Below the pieces are notes generated by a model that saw only the letters and a program-made list of their open reading frames with translations, ran no database searches and was not told where the DNA came from. Below are positions 1 through 11,587 of a stretch of DNA of 64,000 nt, piece after piece (positions within the stretch are counted from its first letter, which is position 1; every line of letters starts with the position of its first letter). The translations under genes were made by a program, and so were the position numbers. This DNA comes from Octopus vulgaris (Eukaryota), in contig OX597835.1 in assembly GCA_951406725.2 (NCBI GenBank), positions 45,074,001 through 45,138,000 of the forward strand, written 5' to 3'.

Positions 1-263
1 TTGGTAGACGGAAAGCGAAAGAAGCCTATCGTATATAGGTATATATATATGTGTGTGTGTGTGCGTATATGTGTGTATATATTTGCGTGCCTGTGTTTGT
101 CCCCCACCAACATCACTTGACAACCGATTCTGGTGTGTTTACGTCCCCGTAACCTAGCGGCTCGGCAAAAATACTGATAGAATAATCACTAGGCTTATAA
201 AGAATAAGTCCCGGAGTCGATTTGCTCGACTAAAGGCAGTGCTCCAACACGGCCACAGTCAAA
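1..263 (+). mobile_element. tRNA-derived SINE family A, 3' part (5' end cut by window edge)
   Basis: Matches the body of other copies (ggtagacggaaa..gaagcc-(TA)(TG)-cttgacaaccgat..gatagaataa..gctcgactaaaggc..gcc(a/g)cagtcaaat) at 8503, 29934 and 55325. Confidence 0.9.
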
Positions 264-264
264 T

Positions 265-362
265 TATTGATTACTAGTTAATTAATGTTGTCCTTTGTTA
301 TTATATATATATATATATATATATAATAACAAAGGATAAAATTAATTAACTAGTGATCAATA
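265..362. repeat. Short inverted repeat (about 38-bp arms) around a (TA)n tract
   Basis: tattgattactagttaattaatgttgtcctttgttatta ...(TA)n... taataacaaaggataaaattaattaactagtgatcaata. Confidence 0.85.
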
Positions 363-370
363 TATATATA

Positions 371-675
371 TGAGGCGCAATGGCCTAGTGGTTAGGGCAG
401 CGAACTCGCGGTCGAAGGATCGCGGTTTCGATTCCCAGACCGGGCGTTGTGTGTGTTTATTGAGCGAAAACACCTTAAAGTTCCACGAGGCTCCGGCAGG
501 GGATGGTGATCCCTGCTGTACTCTTTCACCACTCTTTCTCTCACTCTTTCTTCTGTTGGCCTGCTCGCTTAGCCAGCGGGGTGGCGTCATTCGAAGGCTA
601 AAACAATGCGAACGCATTGTGACCATCGATGTGTAACAACATCTGATGGTCTGGTCGGTCACATGATCACGTGAT
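371..675 (+). mobile_element. tRNA-derived SINE family B
   Basis: A box tggcctagtgg, B box ggtttcgattcc; close copies at 32470, 45748(-) and 54888(-). Confidence 0.9.
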
Positions 676-1232
676 ATATATATATATATATATATACGCA
701 CACTCTCACATACAGGTATTTCTATATCAAGCTAAGCTTTTCAATATATTCTTGGAGTTTTTCTAACATGATCGTCTTTTCTCCTCATATTCTTCCTATA
801 TTTCTTTCTCCCATCGACATTTTGCCTTTATTACTCTCTTTCTTTCTGCTACCTTCCTACACAGGTGTTTATTTCCGTTGCTTCACACTACGCAATAGCA
901 ATTCGTGATGTATGGCTCTTTGCGTTCCTTCCGCTGTATATAAAATTAATATTTTTCTATATTCGTATCTATAATCTCCGCTTCTGTGCATCATATACTC
1001 GTAGCTGCATGAATAAACATTTTGTGTGCTTGTGTGCGCGATATAACTGTTTTGATATTTACCAATAAACTTTACATGCATAATGGCGATATATTTATTT
1101 TTTAGTACACGTTTGTAAACTAGTGTTCACACGCAAGCACATAATGCATATCGTATATCTAAAAAGTATATGTTATATATTTTTTAGTTATATTTCAAAT
1201 ATATATTTCGTGTTTGCAAGCACCTGTATATA

Positions 1233-1284
<52 letters not shown>

Positions 1285-1286
1285 TA

Positions 1287-1350
<64 letters not shown>

Positions 1351-1436
1351 AAGGGTGAAAAGGAACACACGAGTTGATATATATGAAAAAACAAGTCAAA
1401 ATAGAAAATGCTAAAATAATTTTATAAAGAACATAT

Positions 1437-1474
1437 CAGTACCGGTTTCGGTCATTTTGAGACCTTTTCAACTG
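1437..1474 (-). ncRNA. Minimal type I hammerhead ribozyme motif, U3-A8 core variant
   Basis: Minus strand: cag-TTGAAAA-ggtc(tcaaaat)gacc-GAAA-ccgg-TA-ctg; lies in an insertion bounded by (TA)n. Confidence 0.7.
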
Positions 1475-2315
1475 TAACGATTAAATAATTAAATTTAGAA
1501 AATATATATATATATATATATTTATGTATGCATGTATTTGTGTATGAATACATATCCCTGTGAGTGTGTGTGTGGGGGGTGGGTGAGCGTTTGAGGGTGC
1601 GTTGCGTAACCAGTAATCTATCGTACGTCATTTTATGGTATATTTTACGCAAACAACTGATTAAAAAAAATTTTTGCTAGTATTATTGTAATAATATTTT
1701 GCCATTTTTGCGTGACTAAACAAAAAATTAGGAAATGAAAAACGTCGGCCACTTATATCATCGTGACCCCCACATTTTTATAAATGTGTTTTCTTTAACA
1801 TTAAGTCAAAGAATGCCAAAGAATGCCAAAGAATTTGAAATGGGTGTAATATTCCGTGATTTTTCTATGCCTAATCAAATCAATGCGACACTTACAAAAC
1901 GTCCAAATATTGGAATATTGAAAATATGACTAAAACTCAGCGAAATGCGAAATACCATGCTTTCGGTACATACCTATATACACGCAAGTATACACAGACA
2001 CAAACACACAGACAGACAGATAGACAGGCAGGTACACACACACTGGTGCACATACACACAGGCACACACATACAAACACATTCACAAGCACACACACACA
2101 CACATCCAACAGTGTCAGCATAAAGCAGTGTTTAGACATAAGCGAAGTTTAGGTTAGTTAAAATATGTTTGCGTCGTATTTTCAGCTTCTGAAGGCGGAA
2201 TTCCCTGCATTTACCGTGGAGAATGAATTCTCCCTTAGGTTGAAAAGGGTGTAATTGCAGCGTATATGTTCAGTTATACCCCTTGTCGGATTCCCATATA
2301 TATATATATATGTAT

Positions 2316-2356
<41 letters not shown>

Positions 2357-2453
2357 AATTGAAAGACAGAAGATGGAATATATAAGATTTTATTGTTAAT
2401 CACAACAATTATTTTGACACATCTACCATCGATTCATCTTGGATGTGTATGTG

Positions 2454-2497
<44 letters not shown>

Positions 2498-2535
2498 CAG
2501 ACATATATATATATATACATATACGCATACGTGTA

Positions 2536-2594
<59 letters not shown>

Positions 2595-2612
2595 GTATAC
2601 GTGTGTGCGCGC

Positions 2613-2659
<47 letters not shown>

Positions 2660-3900
2660 CATACATACATACATACATACATACACTCACACACACCACC
2701 CACACGTATATTCATATATACATATGCATATGCATGTATATATACGTATACATATATATTCCTATATATTCTTTTGTTCCTCGTTACACGACGATTTTCG
2801 CAATGGCGCTCAAACCAATTGATAAAGCAAATCAGTTCCAAAGCGAAGACATAATGATATATAATACAAAACAAATTACACAAAGAGACACAAAGAGTAA
2901 TGTAATCAAGCACCACATTCATCTAAATGCCTAATATATTCTGTATCATCAGCTTCCATAAATTTATGGCGGTGTGAGAAATCGGCGCTCCGTCGGTTGC
3001 GACGACGAAGATTCCAGTTGATTCGATCAACGGAACAGCCAGCTCTTGAAATTAACGTGCAAGTGGACGAGCTCTCCGCAGACACCTGTACACTCATAGA
3101 AAAAGGGCAGGTGATAATGAAAGCCACCCCACCCCCAGCTCCACCCACACCCTCTTCGTCCCACCCTTGCCGTAAACAAAAACAGACACGCAGAACAACT
3201 TACAAAATTCACCCATCCCCTTTTAGGTTTATTAGACAAGGAAAACGAAAACCTGCTGGAAATATTGGAGGACTAGGGTGAAGTTGAATTGCCGGATTTG
3301 TTGGGATCAAGAGGAGGATGAGTGTATGGAGGTGCTTTTAAATGGAAAACAAGCGAAAGGACTTGAAAATGAACTGAGCAATGTTTTTTGTTTGTAAGAA
3401 AGGAAATAGACCCGGACAGGAAAAAAAGCCCTGGAAAAACAGTACGGGGTGAAAATAAGGGACTATGTATTTTTCGAAAGGATATAAGAAGAGGACATAA
3501 GAAAAGGGGACAGGTATGTGTTGTTATCCGATGGGGCGGTTGACATGACCTTCATCTTTCATTTTCACTCTCTCATTTTCATCATGCGTTGTATTTTTTT
3601 GGGCGTTTTATATCCCCAATGTGGTGTTTGTTTCTCATCTTTGTTAGCCAGTCCTGGGTAATAAAGGAATTACGTGTACACTCAACGTAGTTCCCAGGCA
3701 GAGATTCAGAGTAACACACGTGAGCGTATAATACAGAGTGAGAATTTACAAAAAAAAACAAAACAAAAGACGGGTGTGTAAACAACAAACACACGTATTA
3801 GTTTAACGCTCGGGAAGTGAGAATGTCTCTCTCTTTCTCTCTCTCTCGCGCTCTCTCTATCTACCTATCTAAATTTTCTTATTATCATATTTCTTTTTAT

Positions 3901-4122
3901 TCTTTTATTCTTTTATTTGTTTCAGTCATTTTGGCTGCGTCCATGCTGGGGCACCGCCTTCAGTTAAGCAAATCGAGCCCGGGGCTTATTCTTTGTCAGC
4001 CTAGTACTTATTCTATCGGTCTCTTTTGCCGAACTGCTAAGTTACGTGGACGTAGACACACCAGCATCGATTGTCAAGTGATGTTAGGGAGACAAACACA
4101 GACACACAAACATATACAAACA

Positions 4123-4172
<50 letters not shown>

Positions 4173-4333
4173 AAGTGATGGGCTTCTTTCAGTTTCCGTC
4201 TCCCAAATACACCCACAAGGCTTTGGTCGGCCCGAGGCTATAGTATAAGGCTCAAGGTGCCATGCTGTGGAACTGAACCCGGAACCATGTGGTTGGTAAG
4301 CAAGCTACTTTCCACATAGCCACTCCTGCGCCT
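3901..4333 (-). mobile_element. tRNA-derived SINE family A, full length
   Basis: Minus-strand head aggcgcaggagtggct...gggttcagttcc; tail gactgaaacaaataaaagaataaaaga. Confidence 0.9.
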
Positions 4334-4399
4334 AATTTCTTATTTTCCAGATGGCTGGTCACTTGTCTAATCAGAATCGAGCTAAGAGAGCAGCACGCT

Positions 4400-4960
4400 A
4401 TGAAGTGTGGAATTCCATTGTTTTGGTTCAGTGATAGTGGCGTGCATGGAAAGAAAAGCCTTCAATACTACGTCCGGAGACAATAAAAATTTGTCAAACC
4501 TGATGACCGATGACCATAGGCTTTGTGAACGATGCAAGAAGAAGTCGTTCAATCACATCCCGATCGTTGCAACAGTGCGGGAAATGTTTATTCGCATCCC
4601 GCAAAAATCAACAGAGGAAGCAGCTCGTGGAAGCAGACTAACGAGACACGCAATACGCACGGTGTTGCATAAATAATCGAATTTTCGTCCGTGGAAACCC
4701 CATCACGTGCAGGAGCTAAAAGCTGAAGACTGTGACCGCAGAAGTCCCGAACACTCCAAAAAATTTAGATCTCATTCTATAGGATTTTTACCAGTGGGGT
4801 TACACAAAACGGATGTGTCCAAGACAAATCTTCGCACACTGGAGGACTTGGAAACACAGATTCAAGAGGTTTCCAAAGATATCCCAGATCACATCCCCGG
4901 CCTCTTCATTCCATCCATGGCCGTTTAACGAAATTCGCTGTCGCCACCAGTGCTTGCGTT
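4400..4960 (+). pseudogene. Internally deleted Tc1/mariner-superfamily transposase remnant
   Basis: Frameshifted peptides ..IRTVLHK..FRPWKPHHVQELKAEDCDRR and ..TNLRTLEDLETQIQEV resemble the HTH-linker and C-terminal parts of Tc1-like transposases. Confidence 0.5.
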
Positions 4961-5027
4961 CAGATAAGAAGAATTACTCTCATTTTTCCATGTGATGAAG
5001 GCCATGTATCAGTTCTACATATATATA

Positions 5028-5086
<59 letters not shown>

Positions 5087-5170
5087 CATAATAATAAATA
5101 AAACATGCATATATACATACATATATGTACGTACCTACCTCTACATGTATATATATACATGCATATATGG

Positions 5171-5335
5171 GTACAGGACACCAAAAAACGTCGAATACAA
5201 TGAGAAACGAAAACATAAACACAAAACCAAGGAAATGGACATTTTTTCTTAAACAACGAAAAAAAAGAGTACAGGACATACAGCACAGGGAACATTCCCC
5301 TTCTTCAGCCGCCTCTGTTTCATCTACTCTGCATA
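5171..5335 (-). mobile_element. 3'-terminal fragment of a (TA)n-inserted repeat (probable PLE-type tail) retaining CTGAAGA
   Basis: Homologous to 32891-33080 and 57793-57970 (gtacaggacacc...gagaaacgaaa..cata..acaaaaccaagg...ccccttcttcagccgcc). Confidence 0.7.
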
Positions 5336-5432
5336 TATATAAGAGATGGAGGTGGAAATTGCCCAGAAGCCTAAGACATCTCAATTACTGAGGGAATTTA
5401 ATAAAAGTGATTTTAAAAATTCTATAAAGAAA

Positions 5433-5470
5433 ATTTTACCGGTTTCGATGTATTTCATCTTATCGAATAT
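5433..5470 (-). ncRNA. Degenerate minimal hammerhead motif (U3-A8 type)
   Basis: Minus strand: atat-TCGATAA-gatg(aaata)catc-GAAA-ccgg-TA-aaat; one core mismatch and a weak stem I. Confidence 0.45.
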
Positions 5471-5682
5471 CAGTAAAAAATTTTTGAAATATTTAAGTTG
5501 AAGTAGTTTATCTTCTGTGGAACTGCAATGACCTCCTCTCCTAAAAGAAACTCAAAACTCTTCGCATGCACCTCATATATACACAATCAGAGGCGCATGC
5601 AGACACATGTATGTATGTATGTATGTATGTATGTATGTATGTATGTATGTATGTATGTATGTATGTATCCATGCATGTATGT

Positions 5683-5940
5683 TGAGACTCACAGTGCCAA
5701 TCATATCTGTCCGGCATGTGGAAGAGAGTGTAATTTGGCAGGAGGACTTAAACGACATGCGAAGGTACATGAAGCCCAGTTACAACTACAGCCGGCTATT
5801 ACCAGTAAAGGTCTTAGTTGCCAATTTTGTACAAGACCTTGTAGATCTTTAGCTGGGCTAAAAAGTCACATTCGATCACAGCACCAGTAACAGTTAAGCT
5901 TCGTGGAACGGCCATACTCGATAACGAGGGGGCAGCCATA
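5683..5940 (+). mobile_element. 5'-truncated RTE-clade LINE 3' end inserted in (TATG)n
   Basis: Two C2H2-like motifs (CPACGRECNLAGGLKRHAKVH; CQFCTRPCRSLAGLKSHIRSQH*) typical of RTE ORF C-termini, then a short 3' UTR with a ctcg-ataa-cgag hairpin; (TATG)n on both sides. Confidence 0.65.
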
Positions 5941-6742
5941 ATGTATGTATGTATGTATGTATGTATGTATGTATGTATGTATGTATGTATGTATGTATGT
6001 ATGTATGTATGTATGTATGTATGTATGTATGTATGTATGGATGGATGGATGGATGGATGTCATTATTCAGTTTATTTGAAGATTTTTGCCAATAGAGAAC
6101 GAACCGGTTTCTAACCTACAACCAAGGTGCCTTCATTGGAATTTGAACATCAACAACAGCGTACTTTAGTTTGTGTGTATGTATATATGTATGTATGCAT
6201 GTATGTATGGGCATGTGTGTGTGTCTCTCCATCTTATATATACACACAGACACATATATATATCAATATATGTCTTTGGTTACTATTTTTTCTCATTTTT
6301 TCATCTCTAAATATATATATTATATATATATATTTTTTGCAATAATGTAATAAGTCTGATATATCTGATATAGTTATGAGTGTATAAGTCAATGTTTTAT
6401 CAATTGCAGTACCATCAGTTTCTCATTATTTTAATTGGTAGACTCTTTATCACTGATAAACTATTCCCTTGGTCAATTATACAATTCTCCGACTATATTG
6501 AATGCATTAACGTCGCCCACATTGCTATCAGTCTATTCAACCAATCAAATCCTAAATTTTCGCCACGTATGAATCAGTCATTCTGGTTGTGTCTAATTGT
6601 TCTTTTTTCTTGTTTTTTCTTTTATTATATGTCATGTTGAAGCATTTTAAAATTCATTCATTGTTTAAAAATTTTCTTTTCTACTTTTTATTACTCATTT
6701 TCTATTCCTCTTTCTCACGGTATCATCTCTAAAGTACTTTAG

Positions 6743-6779
<37 letters not shown>

Positions 6780-7073
6780 TCTCTTTCTCTCACTCTCTCT
6801 CCTTCTCTTTCTCTCACTCTCTCCCTAATATATGTACTTATATATATAAGTACGCAGGCTGAGACAAGTGTGTATGTGTATATATTTACGTACATACATT
6901 ATAGGCGCACGACACACGCACATATATGTATGTATGCATGTGTGTTTATGTGTGTATATAAGTGTGCAAGTATGTATGTATATGCATGCTTTTATATATA
7001 TGTGTTTACCTATATTAATGAGATATATATATACAGATATATATATATATATATGTATATGTATACGTATGTT

Positions 7074-7104
<31 letters not shown>

Positions 7105-7121
7105 GTTTGTATGTATTTTTG

Positions 7122-7160
<39 letters not shown>

Positions 7161-7173
7161 ATGTGTATGTATG

Positions 7174-7216
<43 letters not shown>

Positions 7217-7550
7217 CACACTCAGTCAGACGCACACATGTATGTATGTGCGCACATGTATGTATATTCCGATTTCGATTCGATTTGATAAGGTCACATC
7301 TAGGTGACCTCGCTAAATTTCATTAATCTTTCGTTATATTTTTCTATATTTATTTATTTTTCTTTTAAAGATTTCCATTGATTCTTGTTTACTTCTACGA
7401 TTTTATTCAATCTTTATATGTCGAATCTTCCTATTGTTATTTTTTTCATTATTCCTAATTTCATTTCAATCATTATTGTTATTACTCTTATTAACATTAC
7501 TTACATTGTTATTTTTACTATAATCATTACGTGGACTATATATATATGTG

Positions 7551-7634
<84 letters not shown>

Positions 7635-7974
7635 TTTTTAGATGATATAAATAAATATGTATGATATATACATACACGTATATGTATATATGTATATGTA
7701 CATACAAATATAATTAATTATTTACATAAATGTACATATATATATATAAGTACATACATATATATATCCATATATATATACATAGATGTATATATATATA
7801 TATATACATAGACTTATAAATATGTGTATGTATATCTTTAATGCACGTATAAATATATACACATGTCTATATATACGTAGACACATACATAATTACATAT
7901 ATATATATACTTACACAGACACATAATTACTTATACGTTATGCTATTATATATGAAGTAGATATGTGTTTGTGA

Positions 7975-8029
<55 letters not shown>

Positions 8030-8502
8030 GCAATTTTTGTTTGTCTCATGTTAATCTTTTGTTTGTTTACAGCATTGCATCTTTGTTTCTTTCTTTCTTT
8101 TTATCTTCTTTGCTTGTCACGAAACACAGAACTCGGCTAATTAAGTCCCATAACCTAACATTGCTTTTGTAAATTATCTATTATCTATTTGTGTATTTGT
8201 TTGTTTCAATAGAAATTCTCTGCTGCTTTATGTCTCTTACCTCCTTCTCAACACTCCTCCTCTCACTCTCTGTCGACATCCACCTCCTCATCCTCCTCCT
8301 TCTCCTCATCCTCCACCCCCTTACACATTGTCTGTTTATCTTTCACTCTTATGTTTTATTTCGCCATTTTTTCTTTCATTTCAATCAAATGATAATGTGG
8401 GGAGCTGGAAAGGAAGCACAGGAAAACCGACAGAGTTATGGACAGCCGAAGAGGGAAAAATATAGAATGAAGGAACGCATTCGATTATAATATCTACATG
8501 TT

Positions 8503-8916
8503 GCAGGAGTGGCTGTGTGGTAAGTAGTTTGCCTACCAACGACATGGTTCTGGGTTCAGTCCCACTGCGTGGCATCTTGGGCTAGTGTCTTCTGCTATAG
8601 CCTCGGGCCGACCAATGCCTTGTGAGTGGATTTGGTAGACGGAAACTGAAAGAAGCCCGTCGTATATATGTATATATATATATATATATATATGTGTATG
8701 TATGTGTATGTGTGTGTGTGTTTGTCCCTCTAGCATTGCTTGACAACCGATGCTGGTGTGTTTACGTCCCCGTTACTTAGCGGTTCGGCAAAAGAGACCG
8801 ATAGAATAAGTACTGGGCTTACAAAGAATAAGTCCCGGAGTCGATTTGCTCGATTAAAGGCGGTGCTCCAGCATGGCCGCAGTCAAATGACTGAAACAAG
8901 TAAAAGAGTAAAAGAG
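8503..8916 (+). mobile_element. tRNA-derived SINE family A, near full length
   Basis: A box tggctgtgtgg, B box gggttcagtcc, (GTAAAAGA)n tail. Confidence 0.92.
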
Positions 8917-9420
8917 ACAAACACTTTCCTCTCTGGTTAATCTCTCATCAACTTCTTCAAGTACCACTTGAAAAGGAAAGTGAGAGTAGAGAGGCAAGTT
9001 TTGTCTAGCGAATGTTTTAAAAAAAGATGGGTGAATGTAGCAAGGATGGCACGTATGAATGACGAAGCCACCTTGAGCATAATCCTATGAACCCAGAAAT
9101 TGAAAACAGAGGGTTACCCACTTGCAAACAAATGTGGTAACATATAACAATATTGACCAAGGTTACCGTGGTCTTTTTCGTAGGCTTTTCTTCCCAGGGA
9201 TAAACCTTACTTGCTTTCCCCTTTACACCATATATCATAACACTGTGATACACGATCCCTATTGATCGTTTTTTTTCCTCTTCCCCTTTTTTCCCCTTTT
9301 TTCTTCTTTTTTCATTTCTCTTTTCTTTTGTTCCTTTTCCTTTTCTTCTTTTTTATTTTTATTTATGGAAACGCTAGAAGAAAAAAGAACTCATGCACGC
9401 AAAGTGCAAACCTAAATGAC

Positions 9421-11520
9421 ATGGCAGTGAACGCTGCAACCACTTGCGATAACAGCACTGTCACCACCACCACCACTAACAACAACAACAACAAGACTAC
9501 TACTGCTACCACCACCGCCTCCACCACCACCACCACCACCACCGCCACATCATCCACTACCTCAACTACCAACAACAACAACAATAATAATGACAACAAG
9601 AATAATAACATTTGCGCCACCATTTCGACATCTGCTGCCACGGCTGTCTCTTCTGCCACTGACACCACCTCCATCAACAAAAACAACAATAACAACAACA
9701 ACAATCCCGTTCAGACCTTGTCTCCTCCAACAACAAGAACTGAAGGGAATAAACAAAAGACTGTGACCACCAAACAAATTGACAAAAGCTGCTTGAATAC
9801 AGGGATAGACTATGCAAGTAATTTTCCACCTTTTCCTACTTGCACAATCAAACCAAATACACCGATTTTACCAACTTCAGCCAACAACAACATCACCACC
9901 AGCAACAACAATAACAAAACAACAACAAATTTCGCCGAGGCGATAAAAGAAAAAAAGACAACAGTATATTTTACTGCACAACAAATAAAAGACACGAACA
10001 TTTTAATAACGGAAGTAAATGGTATAGTAAAAATAAACATACCACAAGAAATATTAGAAGATGAAAAAAAAGAACAATTATATATAAAATAATTAATAAG
10101 AAAACAAAAAGTCCAGAGAAGGCTAACACAAGCAAAATAGAAAAATGCTTGAAACCCATCTGGAACTACAAAGAGTATGTGACCTGGTGGAACAAGTTCG
10201 CACACATACAAGTGGTCTTCCACACTGAAGAGTTAGCAAGACGTTTCTCAACGCTAACTCTTCATTCAGATGAACTTCAACTAACACCAAGCTATCGTGG
10301 ACAGAAAGTGACTAAGATCACTTTAAACAATGTCCCAAAAATAGCTAACAATCTATGGCTAGTAAAGGCCTTATGTGTGAAAATGGAAGATTTCACAATT
10401 TTAGAAACTACGGTCACGGAGCACAAAAACTGGGTGAGAAAAAAAGTAGAATTTCTACTACATATAAACCAAGAGGACATAAAGAAAATACCCACCCAGA
10501 TATGTGTATCAGAAGACCACAAGTTGTATGTGGTCGTCGATGGCAGAAGATCACGTTGCTACATATGCGGCAGTGAGCAACACCTAAAAAGATTGCAAAT
10601 CTGCCGCAAGAAAACAACAGCAACAACAACAGCAGCCGGAAAAAAACAAATAAACCAGCTTTACTACCCACACCACGTTTTGCACGAACAGGACTAATCA
10701 CAGAAAATCAACAAAAAATAAACCTCACCAACCAAACAACCACACCAACTGCACCAAGAACAGAAGCAACACCACCACCAACAACAACCAAGAATAAACC
10801 AACTCCCAAACCAAGGACATCTGCCAAAAAGACACTCATCGAAAATGAAGAAACAATTACTACTCCAAATCCCCACAAAATTGACACCCCAAACAAAACA
10901 ACAATACCTACAATCACTCAAACAAAAAATACCCACACCCCATCTCCAAAACCGCATACACCACAACCTAACGCTCACCAACCAACACCAACAACAAAAT
11001 CAACACAGTCTACGATAGACCCCAATATTTTCCCTCTTCCAAGCTCTGATTCTTCTGATTTGTCATTAGACGAAGAAGACACAGAAGATTGGCAAATAGC
11101 CACAGGGGGGAGAAGAAAAAGGGGAAAAAAGAAAAGAAAAGATAACAAACAAAGCAGGAAGATTCACCACTCCCGAAACAAAAGCATCCACAGAAAACAA
11201 ACACATCAACACAAACACACCATCATCAAACCCCCCAAAAATGTCGACAGCCATAAACACAAACAACCACGATCTAATGGAACACATTAGGTCAAACACC
11301 AACATAACTGAAAACGACATAAAAAAAGTAACCACCCACGCACAACACCACCACAACACATTAAAATAATACATGTAACACAGAACACATACAGCACCCT
11401 GAAATCTCTTTACCTGATGCAGTAGGGAGATTTCAAAAGTATTCATCAAAGAAACTATACAAAAACATCATGGAAGAAGACTGTGAGGTAAAAAACAAAG
11501 GACTTTCGAACAACAAGTAA
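9421..11520 (+). pseudogene. Tx1-type ORF1 (gag-like), frameshifted
   Basis: ATG at 9421; Thr/Asn low-complexity N-terminus; VVVDGRRSRCYICGSEQHLKR..C zinc knuckle at about 10530-10605; basic WQIATGGRRKRGKKKRK motif; several frameshifts and stops; 3' end approximate. Confidence 0.7.
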
Positions 11521-11587
11521 CCTTTTCTCTCTCTCTTTCCTTTTTTGCACTTTCTTTTCGTGTGTAAAACACAATTTTTATCGGAAC

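Noticed and set aside
5528-5890. Host C2H2 zinc-finger gene
   Set aside because: No TGEKP linkers, N-terminus is microsatellite, and the motif, short UTR and repeat flank fit an RTE LINE 3' end
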